Positions 63,281-64,000 of a stretch of 64,000 nucleotides of DNA are shown here, in pieces. The DNA lies in NCBI GenBank assembly GCA_030390025.1, contig CM059432.1, positions 87,794,001-87,858,000 of the forward strand, in the 5' to 3' direction. Numbering within the stretch: position 1 is the stretch's first letter; each line of letters starts with the position of its first letter. A program made the position numbers and the translations under genes. Source of the DNA: Squalus acanthias (lineage: Eukaryota). The notes below the pieces were generated by a model that worked only from the letters and a program-made list of their open reading frames with translations, had not been told where the DNA came from and made no database searches.

Positions 63281-64000
63281 TTTAACTCTGACATGTTTTT
63301 AGGTTGGGAGTTTGTAGTGTTGCATCCAGCTTTTCAGAAGTAGGTTCTTTGGCACCTTCACAGTAGCCCAGACGTTTTGACTGGTTCTGAAAAATATTAC
63401 ACATAACATTCTGTGACCTCGTAAGTGGTGCTGCACCCTTTCCAGCTGCCACAGATGTTCCTCTTCAATCTTTCCAGTTATCAAACTATAGTCAAAAGCT
63501 GACAGATTCCCTTTTTCAGCCATTGTACTATTCAATATATTATTCTTTGGCTGATGGCATAGGTGCAGCCCATTCCATACTGGAGTGAATTATAACAATT
63601 ATGCATAATAATATAGTTAAGGCTCGTATCTATCATCTTATAGGATTTGTTGAAAGGTGTGCAAGAGCAACAACCTAATGGACTTTTGTCATCCTGCAGG
63701 TTTGGCAGCCAGGGTCAGACTTGGATACTGGCCCACTTCTAAGTATGGTAAGTGTATAAACGTCGATTTTAACCTGAAGCAGACAATGGGCAGTCGGAGT
63801 GCACCCGTTGTGGGTGTGAAGCCTGAGCCATTTGAGGCCCAGGCCTCAGTTACCTGCCGCTGGGGAGTTGTGGGCACATGCTGCAGCTTGCTGCTTGTGG
63901 GTGGACAGGAAACCATCAGACTCCCACACTGAGCTGGCTGACAGTCAGACCCGGGGGTTGGGAGTCAATCCCGGGGGCCTCAGATGGGGTGGTAGCAGGA

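Overview
Eukaryotic, repeat-saturated DNA, most likely from a cartilaginous fish (inferred from an HE1-like V-SINE and HER1/CR1-type LINEs). No intact host protein-coding gene is recognisable; only weak candidate exons were found. Bases 1-44 kb are a nested pile of decayed transposons: about eight PIF/Harbinger DNA transposon remnants (HARBI1-like DDE transposase plus a convergent 3-exon Myb/SANT gene; two are bounded by TIRs and 3-bp TSDs), two non-autonomous Harbinger elements, a hAT-type MITE, CR1, L2 and another CR1-group LINE, a SINE, and Penelope-like pieces carrying minimal hammerhead-ribozyme motifs. From 44.7 to 49.4 kb a 21-bp purine/pyrimidine-skewed minisatellite is split by an internally deleted CR1. 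From 49.4 to 62.0 kb lies a ~12.5-kb array of ~545 copies of a 23-bp CpG- and palindrome-rich unit with multi-level higher-order structure, bracketed by a 15-bp inverted repeat. The giant ORFs in both arrays are treated as artefacts. All calls are by eye; no database searches were run.
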